From Selaginella moellendorffii (taxonomy: Eukaryota > Plantae > Lycopodiophyta), in NCBI RefSeq assembly GCF_000143415.4, contig NW_003314414.1, positions 153,626 to 217,625 of the forward strand: a DNA stretch of 64,000 nt. Direction: 5' to 3'. The position numbers and the translations under genes were made by a program. Below are positions 22,651 through 35,507 of the stretch, piece after piece. Positions within the stretch are counted from its first letter, which is position 1; each line of letters starts with the position of its first letter. The notes below the pieces were generated by a model. It did no database searches. It saw nothing but the letters and a program-made list of their open reading frames with translations, and was not told where the DNA came from.

Positions 22651-25347
22651 GGCACCTTAACAGGTTTGCCAATAGGTACTAGATCTTCTAGACCTTCAAA
22701 TTGTTGACTATAACCCCGGGGGCATCCCCCACACTTGGCGGTGCACCCAAGCCAGCCCTTACGGCCAAGGGTTCATAGCAACTGAGATTAGGTGTCCCCA
22801 TCTCACTCACCACGTCCTTGGTGCCACTTGCACCAAAGCGTTCAAGTTAGATATGCTGAGCTTTCACACTAAGCAATCTAACCGTGCATCACGACTCCGA
22901 GGCATCCCTCGCTTGGCGGTGTGCCCAAACCAGTCTCCCCACTGAGAGTCCATGACCACCGAAATATGAGTGTCCTCATATTCCAAACCATCACCACGCC
23001 CTAGTGATTTGGGACTCGAACCCAAGCACTAGAGGGTCGGGACTCGAACCCAACCTCCGTATATGCATCTACGGACGGCATCACACAAGATGCCTGGCGT
23101 GACTCCCCACGCCGGTGCACCAACTTATTTTTAAAGCCCTCTCTTTGAACACTCGGGAACTACTTCCCTAACCTTGACAGCCTTGCCTCATGGCAAGCTT
23201 CAAGACCACGCTTCTGCTGCGCCACTCTGATTTCGCGCGTTCTATGAACCATTTACACTTGGCCTTTCTAGGTACTAAGCTGCCTAGAATCGTCTTTGGG
23301 AACCTTGAAGGAACTCTGTCCCTTAACTTGCTAAGGCCTCCCTTTTTGCAAGCTTTCCAATTGCCACATAGTCTAACATGGACAATTCCATATTTTAGAC
23401 TCTCCATGGCATCACGGTTGCTAGCGGCAACACCCTCGAGCCCCCACTTGATTCTCCACTCCCAGCTGGCATAACCAACCTTGGTTATGCCCTTCGATTT
23501 CTATGGTTCAGTTCCATCCCAATACTACTTGCCTTTTGGCCCCATATGTTTCCTTTGGTTATTCTCCTCCAAACCAGCAGGATAGCTTTGCACTTTCTAT
23601 TATGCCTTAGCAAGTATTCTTAGGGATGAACCTACCCAATAGCCCAAGGAGTGGTTCTTCAATCCGGGTATGCTCACCTTATAATCCCATACACTGGGAT
23701 TACATTGTTGCTTATGGGCCTTTACATGCCCATCACTAGCCTTGCCAAAATTCCATTCTTGGCTTTGTCCAACTTGGGTAGATAGTCCTCTCCTGTCTCC
23801 GCAACCTTGGACATTTGGATAGCACCTTCTATTCATCATTCGCTAGGGACTTAGTCCCTTGGGCTTTATCCATTGCCCTCGCGACATCAAACACCACCTT
23901 CTGGTGTTCTAGAGTGTTCGGGTGTCCCAATGATGGCTTTCTTGACAATGAGTATTTCCTTTTATGACATTGACTTACTATATCGCAACACAAGCAACTT
24001 ATCCCCCGTAAGGGTGTATCCAACTTCCCTATGCTATTAAGAAGTCTTGGGTAGCTACCTTCTACCCGTTCAACCAGTTATTTTGCACCTCTTGCTTAGT
24101 TGTCTCATAGTTGTCAAGTCTTACCACTCATTGTGTGGTGCTTTCACACCTCCATCATTATCTGGGTCACCACACTCCAACTGCATGCTCTGCAGCTTAG
24201 GCTATGCCATTCCCATTTCCATTGGGATTCCTTTGGCAAGGGGTTCTCATGAACCCACCAACATAGCCTCAAGGTATCACACCTTGGCACATTTGGTGTC
24301 TCCACACCATCGGCTCCACGAGCCTACCTCTATGACACTTCCCCTTCGTGTTTATGTCTTTGCCAAGACCAACATCGCTCTTTCTCATGCCAACCATCCG
24401 TTAGCACTGCACCATAGAGGTCACACACAACTTTGTATCAAAGTTGTTTTCTTCTGAGAACACCTTTCCCATAACTTTAGCATGGCACATTTTGCCATCG
24501 ATGAGATATCCTCTGTTCTCATCCTTAGATCCTATGATCCCCCCCCATCCTTTGTGGGGTATAACACACCTCAGTCCAAATGCTTCCATCAGTCCTTTTA
24601 GGACCATCCCTTGACTCTACTTGAGTCATCAGCAGTTTTGGACTTGGTTAATCCACAGACCCTTAAGGTCCTACTTGTGAGGCACTAGCTCACTGGAATA
24701 CACTTGCATTCCTGTTCTACTCAAAAGGACTATTTTCACAAGTGTTACTCCGACACTTGATTTTGTTCTCTGGGGGCAACTTTTGCCCCTTAGGACTACT
24801 TGTCCATGTGATGAGAATACCACTCATCTCTAAGTACACCCCCCAACTCCTTGGGTTGTTCCAGCATTTATTAAAGGTAGCCTCGGCTACCATTTCAAGG
24901 ACTTGAGTCCTCTTACGTATTTGACCTCCCACGGTCATTACCTCTGGTCTCACATTCATGAGCACCAACCTCAACTATATGAGGAAAATCTTGTGACTCC
25001 TTTATTGTTTTGGAGTCTCTATCTTTCCCGTGATCCCAACTTTAGTTGTTTACCACAACAACCTTAACCAATTTGCTGAGACAAATGCTCATCCGGATCA
25101 CATCCTCAACTCAATGAGGAAAACCTTGCACTGTTCCCAAGATCCCAAAGTCGTTCCATTATTGGCCCTTTTCTATCCACCACCTCGTCTACAAGTTCAC
25201 ACATGAACTGTAATGGAGAGCCATGTCTTCCCGAATTGCTACTCCTCAAGGATAGGCCCACTCCTCGGACCTTCCGATGCCAACACTAGTGGTGATATAC
25301 TTGAGCACCAATAAAAGTCGGACTAAGGAACAGCTCCAATACCAAGT

Positions 25348-26479
25348 TGTAAGCGACTAAATTTTCCATTCTACTTTAGTCACTTAACCACACCTCCGAC
25401 CACTTGGAGGAGTCTCATTCACAACCTCCATAAGTCCAATCCAGGACTTGGGGCTTGCTAGCCCCGAGAATGGCATCCATGCCACTCAACATTTGCACTT
25501 GGTCCAAGTGCTCCACGTGTCCGATCCCATGATTGACACTCAAAGGTACCACCGACATAGCAGCCCGTTACGCTAAGGCCATGCCCAATGACCTTTGCCA
25601 CACTAGTAGTCCAATACCACTTGCATCACCGTCTTGGCTCTCCAAGACTAGGCAAACCATCCGTGAGTGGTCATCTCAGATCCACTCCTTAGCATCCTTA
25701 GGATGCCCACCGACAAGGGGAATAGCCTTCCCCAATATCCCTCTGCCAGTCCCCACTAAGTCCCTTTCTGCCCCTGGCCGCGTTTGCCAACACTGCCACT
25801 TGATCAAGACCCACAGGCCCGACCACTAAGTCCCACGGTCCTCTGGGACTTCCTCACCACACGACTGTGTCCTTGGTCACTACCCCAGAGGACTGCTCCT
25901 CTTCCTTTCCACAGTCTGGGCCTTTGGGACAACATTTCGGAACACCGTGGCCTTACGCGAGCCATCTGGGTACTCTCCTCGCCTTCTGCCCTTGGGTGCT
26001 CTAGCCATGGGCTTAGAGCGGGTTCCGTTGAGCCACACCAGGTATCCAAGTAGGTAGTGCCACCCACACTTGGACTGGGAGCATCGGCCAGTCGATCTCC
26101 CGGGGGAACTAGAGCCGGCTCTTGAACACTTCACCAAGCTACCCCGCTTGTCGGTCTGTGTTCACTCTAGTCTTGGACTTCCCAGTGGGCAGCTCATCAC
26201 CCAACACTGGGTCCGGCCTTCCTGGGCCAAACTGGCCTTTCCTGGCCAAACTAGCTCCACTGCAGTCCTCCCCCTACTATACTTTTGGAGCTCACCAAAC
26301 CCCCCAGGGTCTGGGAGACGAACGCTTTGGGCTTTCACCCTCTCAGGCTCCGGACTCGGACTCGGACTCGGACTCGGACTCGGACTCGGACTCGGACTCG
26401 GACTCGGACTTGGATTCGGACTCGGACTCGGGCTCGGGCTCGGTCTCAGCCTCGGCCTTGGTCTCGGTCTCGGTCCCGA

Positions 26480-26511
<32 letters not shown>

Positions 26512-27273
26512 CCGATCTCGGTCTCGGTCTTGGTCTCGGTCTCGGTCCCGGTCTCGGTCTTGGTCTCGACTTCGGACTCCATCTCGGACTCCATCTCGGA
26601 CTCCATCTCGGACTCCATCTCGGGTCCATCTCGGGTCCATCTCAGACTCCATCTCGGGTCCATCTCGGACTCCATCTCGGACTCCATTTCGGGTCCATCT
26701 CGGGTCCACCTCGGACTCCATCTCGGACTCCATCTCGGACTCCATCTCGGGTCCATCTCGGACTCCACTTCGGACTCCAACTCGGGTCCATCTCGGGTCC
26801 ACCTCGGACTCCACTTCGGACTCCATCTCGGATCCATCTCGGACTCCACTTCGGACTCCAACTCGGGTCCATCTCGGGTCCACCTCGGACTCCACTTCGG
26901 ACTCCATCTCGGACTCCATCTTGGGTCCATCTCGGACTCCACTTCGGACTCCAACTCGGGTCCATCTCGGACTCCACTTCGGACTCCAACTCGGGTCCAT
27001 CTCGGACTCCACTTCGGACTCCAACTCGAGTCCATCTCGGACACTCCCACGTGTCATGTGTTGTTCCTTTTGGGTCCCTTTTTGGAGCCTCGCCTTTTGC
27101 TCCCTTCGTGCTCGTTCCTCGAGCACTTCATTGGGAGTTCCACTCCCGCTCTTGACTTTTCAAGTCGGAGCTTTTGGTCCAAACGTGTTACACTCGTTTG
27201 GCTCTCGCTTCGGCCACTACCATGTGGCGCCCTTCCGGCTCCACTTTGGGGCCTAGGGATTTTGTGTCTCACA
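25348..27273 (-). repeat. LTR 3
   Basis: Same termini as LTR 1, with a longer satellite array. Confidence 0.9.
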
Positions 27274-27689
27274 ACTAGTTAGTGGAGTACCCATATCCTT
27301 GCGTTAAGCCACTAGTATGCTGAAATAACATTAGACTTCATTTAGCTCCGGTTTGCATGCTAGTCCTAGCATTGGGATGCTAGATGCTCTAGGACTATTC
27401 CAAGTCGCTTCATGCTCTTGTCTTTTTACTTTTTTGGGTTGTATGCTCAAGAGTTACTCTATGCTCTAGTTCCGTCACTCCTTAGCTCCATGCTTGGGAG
27501 TTTGGCTCCGTTCTTTCATTCAGTGGCCCAATTCAGGTTCCGCTTTATTATCTTTGGACACATGGCATGTATGATATGTGACATATGGCATATAAAGGGT
27601 TTAGGTTCTACTTCGTGATTACCTTATAGTAAATCACCATAGGATAAAAGGTAAAAATCATATGCACTACACCTATATCCCAATGAGAC

Positions 27690-28885
27690 TAATGCAAAAA
27701 CTAGATGTGCCACCCTCTTAACAAGCTACTCTATGTGATTGTCTTATGTCTCAAGTCCTGAAGTAGAAGTAGTTATGGTCATTTCTTTTAGATTATGTTG
27801 ATATCCAAATCTCCACCTCAAGCCAAATGTAAAACAGAGTTAGAGAGATGTCACTGCCAGCAAATTTTATTGTTATCCACTCTCCCGAAACACAGAAGCC
27901 ATCTGTTCCTCCACCCCTCTAGTTGACTAGGTTTTGCGTATTCTTTCAAGATGGCATAATAGAGGCACACCACTACAAGAGTGAGTCTCCATCATAAGGC
28001 CACCATTACATATATCCTCACTTATTATCTGTCAAAATGATAATGATTATGTGCTTCCCAAAGTGCTTACACTCTTGTCATTCTCTAGATATCAAAATTC
28101 AAAACTGTCAACATTATCTGGTCAGCATTCTTATTGACTAGAGAATGCACAAAAGTTCAACCTGGACAATGGTATCAGTCAATTTTCCTACAATTTGCAA
28201 CCCTTGTTGGATTCTTGTTGGGATTTTTCTTTTGTTGCAGCTTTTGTTTGCCACATACTATGAATGCCAGCGAGGATGAGGCATTGCAGCACTTTGTTGA
28301 TTGCTTGAGCCCCTTGCCTTTGAGATCGTGGAACCAGATGCGTGCTAGCCTCAGGCTCCGAATGACTCCGGCATAAGAGATCATCGTCGCGTAGAGCTGC
28401 TCGAGCTGCAGTCTCTTGGCCGATAGTAGGACCATTGGATTGTTCGTGAGCCATGTAAAAACCTGGCACGATCGTGATATAAGAACGTGATGGATGAAGA
28501 GGATGAAACAAAAAAGAATGTCACCAACAAGATCAAACTCGATCAGGCATGAAAGATACGAGCACGGAAACAATGAGAAAACCAAAAGAAATCCCGACCA
28601 ACAACACCAAAGTTTGATGGGAAGAAAAGCAAGAAACTCATAAGAAAAGCTGGAAGAACAGCTACGAAGAACATAGCAAATCAAAAGAAACTAGAAAACA
28701 AGAGAAAAAATCTAAGATTCTTGCGTACCTGTAAACTGTAGTGGTGATAATCCCCTCCCATGAGACCGCCCAGCATAGGAATCCAGAAGCTCTCGAAATC
28801 TCTCATGTAGCCAAGATCTCCTCGTGCGCCCCCATGGACGAGCATTCTCGAGCCACAAATATGTTAGCTCAAAATAATCACATGG
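27690..28885 (-). repeat. Inverted mosaic copy of 40961-41364, 38247-38418 and 36941-37541
   Basis: Three colinear reverse-complement blocks; mirrored ORFs at 28175-28684 and 37143-37595. Confidence 0.85.
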
Positions 28886-28913
28886 GTTTAGGGTTTAGGG
28901 TTTAGGGTTTAGG
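28884..28913 (+). repeat. Interstitial telomeric repeat (TTTAGGG)~4
   Basis: GGGTTTAGGGTTTAGGGTTTAGGGTTTAGG. Shorter CCCTAAA runs occur at ~7253-7278, ~16056-16075 and ~53015-53040. Confidence 0.85.
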
Positions 28914-29879
28914 CGTAGATTGGCTGCCTCCCATTGGCCGGCAGCAAACATTAGCGTGATTATTCGCTAACACGTGGTTAAAGAAATAACCCCTTTACAG
29001 TTACCCTCTATGGGACAGTTGCGATTTGCTGGATCTGGCAGCCCAACTCCTCCTTATTATGATAGATAATTATTTGCTGTATAATAGGAATCAAGCTTGA
29101 ATATTCCTTTATTTAAGCCTAATTAATTAGCTAGGTATGTGTGTTTTAGATAATATAATTAATAAAAATTAAACTAATTGAGACCTCCAAATGGTCTCAC
29201 TTTAACCAAAATGGGAGTTTTTTCAAAAAATTTCTTGCAGTTGTAATTTATAATAGTCACTAAATTTTTTTTAATTGTTTAATAATTATATTTTTGTAGT
29301 GTTACGGTTAAAATACAATGTTACATAAATTAAATCCATAATATATTACTAATAACAACTCTAATTGGATGCAATGATAAACTTTGATGATACTTTAGTT
29401 GCAACCACATCACCACACATAGCTCACCACTCATCTATATAACAATTATTTGTATTAGTATCAACTTCGATACCCTTTCCTTTATAGCTTTCATTATTAG
29501 CAATGTCAAAAATTAATTCTTAAACCCAATTTTCTTTAAGATTGTGAGTATATTATCTATACTATTTTACATCTAAGTGTTGGAATGATATTCTACCAAA
29601 GCTTTGCTTAAAACTTTTAATGCACATTTTAGAATATAATTAATATTTTATAAATAAAATTGTAAAAGTTTTAATCAATTATCATTATTTGTTTTACCAT
29701 TATAACATAAACCATCAGAAACCTGAATAATACTAACATGCAAAAAAATAAAGGAATCTTTCAGTTTTGGCACTTGCTCTTGATTCTAGAATCTTAAATC
29801 TCACCACCTAAGATAATTCCATCTGCACCTCTGCAATGGAGAAAAAATTTCAGATTATTTCTCAAAAAAAATCTCAGTT

Positions 29880-32876
29880 TTACTTACTCTTTTTCACACT
29901 GAGCTTTGGCTCCAAACACTTGCGCATTGCTGTGTTCTTAACCCATCCGAACATTCTATGTGCATACATCTTCTGAACTTGTTCTAGTTTCCTCATGTCT
30001 GCAGTAGAATCCAGAGAGATGTCGACCAGGTCTTTCACTTCGTCCTTGGATGAGAATGCATCCAAACCTGGAGTGCAAAAGATAACATCAAGTGATTGAA
30101 AATGAAACAGCACAAACGTACCTTCAATGACCACAATGTGTTGGAGACGATCATCTGAAGCAAAATACTGTTCCCATGACTTGAATACCGGGTGTAATCT
30201 ATCCCCATCATAGCCTTTTGTCCATTCCTGAAGGCCTTTGCATTCCGGATGAGCGTCATGGAGAGCCATTGCCATGGAATGATTTGCAGGCGTCTTCTTC
30301 AGCAATGCTTCTGTGACAAGTTTCCTAGTTCTGTAACGAACACTGCTGGAAGGCACATGGGCCACATTCAAAACCAGACTGGCGTATGGCACCTTCAACC
30401 CAGTCCAACCTTGAGGCCCTGCACTGCTACTGAACATCCGAGAAAACTCCGGAGAGCATTTAGCACATGCTAAATCAACATCATGTTTCTCTCTGTGTTT
30501 CACCTGCACCAAAATGAGTGTCATCGTCTCCAGGCTAAACGTGTCACCAAAGAACCCAACGATGACGATGTCTATGCCCCATTCATTTTCACAGCAAATG
30601 ATTCCTACGCCAGCCTTTCCAAATTCAAGCAAATCTTTTGCGGTGAGCTCCTGCAGTCGGAAGTCGGTTTTCCTGAATAGCAAGCAAAAAAACTTGGCTT
30701 CACCCATGTTTCTGTGGATTTCTTCTTTACCACTTCCATCTATAGAGCCACCTGCTTGTTTTGTTTCCCCTTCACCTTCAGCATTGTGCGTACTTCCACC
30801 TGGAGCTTTCGAGGCCGTCAGCGTTGGAGATGGCAACTTCACCTCAGGTGGCGGCGTCTTTACTCTGACAGCTTTGGACAGGGACGCTGAAGCCACCTGC
30901 GGCTGACCCGGAATTTTTTTGTTTACTTTAACCCTGCTTCCACGCTTCAAAGCCGAGGCCGGAGGTGGTGGCATGTTTACTTCGACCTGCGCTTCTCCTC
31001 CACCACCTGGAGCTTTGGGGGTCGGAGATGCTGAATTCTGCTCACCTTCTCTAATAAGCTCGGACAGCGACTTCCCACTTAAGCCACGGCAAAGCTCGTC
31101 AAAAGTAAAGCACTTCCATGAATCTCTGTCTAGACTGTCCACTGCAAGAAGTAGCAGCACCCGTGCAACCAACTCGCCCTTGTAACCTCGATCAACCCAT
31201 CCACGCTTCATCCCAGTTACAAGTGCCTCCAAGCACTCCTTCCACCCTGTCCCAACCTTCCCTTGTGCACGCAAAACCTGTGCTGCAGCCGCTGCAACCA
31301 CTGGCTCCATAGCCCAATGCGTCCAAACAAGAGTCTGGTCATCAGAAATGGACATCACACTAAGTAGGTGACTTGCAACCATATCAGTGATAATTGTGGC
31401 ATGCGGATTGATGTCGATGCATACTCTGCAGCCCAGTGTAGCCAGACAAGCCTCATGTGATAGACCTCCGCTTTCAAGCATACACTTGTTGAACGAACCA
31501 GTGCCACCCAGGAGCTTATCTACAGCCAAAAGCAGCACGTCACCTGCACTTGCGGAAGCCTTCACCAATGCTTGCCACAGTGGCCGACCATAGCCGCAAA
31601 GACGACCCAGATCTTCAACTTGAGCAAGCAGAAGGCCACCTGTTTGTTCGTCCGATGGCAAGTCTGCCAAGAAAAAGCAGTACGCTGGATGTGCAACTAG
31701 CTTTCCCGCCGCAGCCACTCGATCGCTATTATCTGCCTTATTGGGCGGCACAAAATTGTTTAGCCTCCCGTTTGTGTCGGTGAACATCAGCGACACACTT
31801 CCATCTTCAGGCAACACCCTGGAAGCCCTCCTTGCAGGAACAAATGCAGCAAGAGTTGTCGGATCAGCATGCAAAGTAAACCATCGGGCTTCGTCCATGA
31901 CAAACAGGACCTTCAGTTTTCCTTTGGCAGGAGCTGGAACATTCGACAGTAGACCTTCAAGCGTGTTGTACTCCTTAAACACCTTACTTTCCCAGGTGCC
32001 CCACATATTGGTTTTCTCGCCAGGCTTCTCTTTCATGTCGACGTCAAGGCGATTAGCAAACTCCTCCCGGGCTGCATTTCCTATCTCCATCTTCGCCTGT
32101 ACCACGTCCCAAAAGTTCTTCCCAACCATGAGATCGTTCAAGAACTTCTTGGCATCCATGGGGTCCTCCCCGGAAGTTAGAAGCAGAAGAGCCTCGATGC
32201 ATGACACAAAGTAGTCAATGCAGAAGAGCATGAACCTGCTCTGCGACAAAAGCGTAGAACTCGAGCTGAGCAATTTGACGGCGTTTGTGTAGAAGAAGTC
32301 CGCAAAGGCAGACCTTGGAGGGTACGCGGTGCCAGATGAAGCAAATGAGCAGTAGATGACGAACACACCTAAAGTCGCAAGCTCGCAGGCAGTCCTCGAC
32401 TTTCCCCAGCCACTCGACTGAACTAACGTGACAACAGGTGCTATCATGGTTTTCTTCGTCTTCCACTTCTCTCCTGTTTCTTCCAGCTTCTCACGCAACG
32501 ACTCCACGTTGTCTAATCCCTCAACTCTTTGGTACTCCTGCGCAAATGCTGATTCGGCAATACCCTCCACTCTTTTCGAGTATTCAGGTGGCGGCTGGAC
32601 GATTTCAGAGAACTCGCGTTCCAGTTTCGACATATCCTCCTGGAGTTGACTCGCCCGCGCTTTCTCTGAGGCTATCTTCTCCTTTAGTTCGGCATCCTCC
32701 CCGGCTTCCTCCCCGGCTTCCCACAATTTGCATTCAAGGTCTACAATTTCCGTAAGTGCCCTCTGCAGACGACGTTTCACATGAATAATCTCACCTGCTT
32801 TAAGTCGCTTTTTCTTCTTCTGCTCTCTCTCTTCATCCGGCTCTCGCCCACGCTTTCTAGATGAAGAGGCGTCCAT
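29880..32876 (-). CDS. Crinkler-type P-loop NTPase plus restriction-endonuclease-fold protein (~980 aa after removing a probable 54-bp intron at 30068-30121)
   Basis: N-terminal NLS/coiled coil. Walker A VQSSGWGKSR, YPPRS, Walker B LFVMDEAR, then FTDT, GRPLW, EPVVA and KGELVARVLLLLA. C-terminal GIDIVI...ILVQVK is PD-(D/E)xK-like. The ORF is uninterrupted. Confidence 0.75.
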   Translation of the reverse strand: MDASSSRKRGREPDEEREQKKKKRLKAGEIIHVKRRLQRALTEIVDLECKLWEAGEEAGEDAELKEKIASEKARASQLQEDMSKLEREFSEIVQPPPEYSKRVEGIAESAFAQEYQRVEGLDNVESLREKLEETGEKWKTKKTMIAPVVTLVQSSGWGKSRTACELATLGVFVIYCSFASSGTAYPPRSAFADFFYTNAVKLLSSSSTLLSQSRFMLFCIDYFVSCIEALLLLTSGEDPMDAKKFLNDLMVGKNFWDVVQAKMEIGNAAREEFANRLDVDMKEKPGEKTNMWGTWESKVFKEYNTLEGLLSNVPAPAKGKLKVLFVMDEARWFTLHADPTTLAAFVPARRASRVLPEDGSVSLMFTDTNGRLNNFVPPNKADNSDRVAAAGKLVAHPAYCFFLADLPSDEQTGGLLLAQVEDLGRLCGYGRPLWQALVKASASAGDVLLLAVDKLLGGTGSFNKCMLESGGLSHEACLATLGCRVCIDINPHATIITDMVASHLLSVMSISDDQTLVWTHWAMEPVVAAAAAQVLRAQGKVGTGWKECLEALVTGMKRGWVDRGYKGELVARVLLLLAVDSLDRDSWKCFTFDELCRGLSGKSLSELIREGEQNSASPTPKAPGGGGEAQVEVNMPPPPASALKRGSRVKVNKKIPGQPQVASASLSKAVRVKTPPPEVKLPSPTLTASKAPGGSTHNAEGEGETKQAGGSIDGSGKEEIHRNMGEAKFFCLLFRKTDFRLQELTAKDLLEFGKAGVGIICCENEWGIDIVIVGFFGDTFSLETMTLILVQVKHREKHDVDLACAKCSPEFSRMFSSSAGPQGWTGLKVPYASLVLNVAHVPSSSVRYRTRKLVTEALLKKTPANHSMAMALHDAHPECKGLQEWTKGYDGDRLHPVFKSWEQYFASDDRLQHIVVIEGTFVLFHFQSLDVIFCTPGLDAFSSKDEVKDLVDISLDSTADMRKLEQVQKMYAHRMFGWVKNTAMRKCLEPKLSVKKSK

Positions 32877-34199
32877 AGCTTGAACTTAACCCTCTCGCCG
32901 CACCGTTCAACCAACGACAGCCGTCAGATCAATAGATTATTAGGTGAAAGCTAATAAAATAATAGAGCTTATACTTATAAATATTATGGAGTTAAAGTTC
33001 TATCCAAATATGTATATAAAAATATGTATAGAAGCTTAAAATAATGAATGAAAAATATATTTTAAATAAAAATTACATAAATGTTGTGGCTATATAGATA
33101 GTCGAACTCTTTCATGCTGTGATTGATCAAGGAAGTGTATATGTTTTTCTAGTGTATGAGAGATGTGTGTATGTTGTAAACCCTGGGGTGTTTGTTGGTC
33201 ATCAAATTCTTGTTCTCAACAACGCTCGAAAATCCATGCACGCCAGCCCCCTTGGCTCAAGAATATACCAAAAATTTCTGGTTCAAATAGGTTGGAAGAC
33301 ACAAGTACATGTGCATTTCACAATCCTCACGCTTCTATAACGAACCCAGACAGAAAATGCAACTACAAGAATTATATTGAGGTATGCTGTGATTCTCTGA
33401 TCATCCAGACTAAATTGTGTATGTTTTCCAGGTGCTTCGATGGGGGACAAGTGTGGCATTTACCTTGGAAGGAGTTTAGACATTGCCCATTTATAACATT
33501 GTGCTTATAAAAGGTGCTTGATAACTAGTTCCACTTCCTTCAGAACAAAAAGCTATCAAGTGTAAATGGGTTTTAAGGTTAAAACTAATGCTAGCAGTTC
33601 TGTGGATAATGAAATTTTGCATATTTTTATTATTGTGGAAGTCCAAAGTATCATAGAAGGTAATTTATTTAGATACATTAATATATCTAAAAGAACTGCA
33701 TTATCTTCTATTGCATTTATATTTTTTTTACACACACACACACACAGATATATATATATATATATATATATCATTATGTATAATAGTATTAAGTAATATC
33801 TAAAGATATTATTGATTATTAGCTTCATTTATTTTAAAAAGAATTCATATCCATGACCAAAACTATAGATGATATAACCAATTTTTTCAATGACAAAAAG
33901 ACTACACTACATTAACTAAATCCATTACACACCAAAATTTAGACTAGTTCTAAAATTGATAGCAAACTTTTAATGAAAATTTTAAAAATTATAAATTCTA
34001 ACTATTATGTTATAAAAGATTTTTAGAACCAAGATAAACATATCTACCATAACTCTGATATTTTGAAACTTAAATAAAAGTTTCCAGTAAAGAAGATTAA
34101 TTTGTTAAAACAACAAATATAGTTTTTTAAGATAGTTACTGTATAAACTATATATATACTGTATTCTCATCTCTGTTATATACTATAGACAGTCTATAA

Positions 34200-35507
34200 G
34201 AGATCCATGGGATAATGGCTAAGAAAAAGATACCGACGAATGTCCACATCTTCACACTCGCCCTTGTTATTGGTCCTGCAGCAGAGTGGGACTGGAGTGA
34301 CTTCCCAGCTTCGTTTAACAAGGCCGATCGAATTGATCTAAGGGAGGTCAATTTACCCGTGCCTGAGGAACTGAAGACGGCTATGGAGCTTTCGAATCCA
34401 GAGAAAGCTCCAGGTGCAGCATGGGAAATGCTCAGCTGGGTCTTCAACGCAATAGCACCTGCTTCCGACTCCAAGGGCAAATGCGTTGTCGAGTACAACT
34501 GCGGCGGACTATTCTTTCGAGCCGCACTACTCAAGGGTGTCCCGTGTGTTGCGGTGACAAACTCCATTGAAGAGGTGACTTCAATGAAGCATATAATTAC
34601 AGTTGCCAAAGAAAAACAGTATCTTCTCTGCGAACCTGGTGAGTACGCACTTTAAGTTTAAATGTTATCTCACAAGCTCTGTATGCAGGAGCGTGGCTAC
34701 CCCCAGATGCTGAAACAGCGTTAACAGCTACTGTTGAAGATACCCATGTTAGGCCGAGCTCACAACCTGCACAAGGTAAGGTCACGTGAGGCCTCACGCC
34801 ATTTTGATTATAGATCGTTGTGAATATTCAGACACGAGGACTGAAAAGCGCACTGGTGGCGTGTCGAAGAAGGACAAACAGACAAGCAATAGGAAAAAAG
34901 GAGGTACAAATTATATTTGCAATGGCGTGTGGTCTCATGCCATTCCTTGCAGGAGACACTTCTTCAAAGGCAAAACAGGCAAGCACCAGCTAAGCTCAAA
35001 CTGACAGTGGTCATAAAAAGCAAAAGCACGTTGGACAGTCGTCGGGATCAGAGGCGTTTGATTCGAAAAGGAAGAAGGGCAACGAAAAGATGATAGGTAA
35101 TGCCTCGCGGTCACCACCTCTTGACTCAGATTCCTATGGCGGACTCCCCTTCCCCAATCTCAATGGAGAGATACAATGGATGAGGGATGCTTTTCAAGTC
35201 AGGGCCACGTTTTTCTCATCTCGTCGTCTTCGAAGGGTGCAAGAACATGCAGAAACCATGTTAAGACAGTCGGGTGAGGATACGGTCCTAGGTCACGCAC
35301 TAAAACAGGCTATGGATGTCTTGTATTTTGAGATGGAGACTCGGCCAGATGATTTTCCCAAGATGGTCCTGGAAGAACAAGCCATCCAGCCTGAGCAACC
35401 TATGGAAGAAATGCAAGAGGGGGATGAGGAGCCAGAGAAAGATAATGAGCAGGAAGAGCAGAAGGACGAAGAGGAGGACAAAGAAGAGGAGGACGAAGAA
35501 AAGGAGG
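34200..35507 (+). pseudogene. Inverted internal fragment of the transposon cargo gene
   Basis: Reverse complement of ~1960-3305 with indels. Includes introns and two palindromes (~34780-34802, 34922-34943). AT-rich flanks, no TIRs. Confidence 0.9.

Larger units (their letters stand above)
16327..27273 (-). mobile_element. Tandem LTR retroelement (LTR-int-LTR-int-LTR), non-autonomous
   Basis: Three TG...CA LTRs with 5-bp TSD ACTAG (16322-16326, 27274-27278). A PBS-like TGGTATTGGAGC lies on the minus strand next to LTR2 and LTR3. The two 2697-bp internal regions are near-identical and have no long ORF. Confidence 0.9.

Noticed and set aside
17036-27282. Long ORFs (LGLG, SRSR, SDSD, MESE, RDRD) as SR-like or structural proteins
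   Set aside because: They arise from stop-free 6/12-bp repeats open in several frames on both strands within LTRs.
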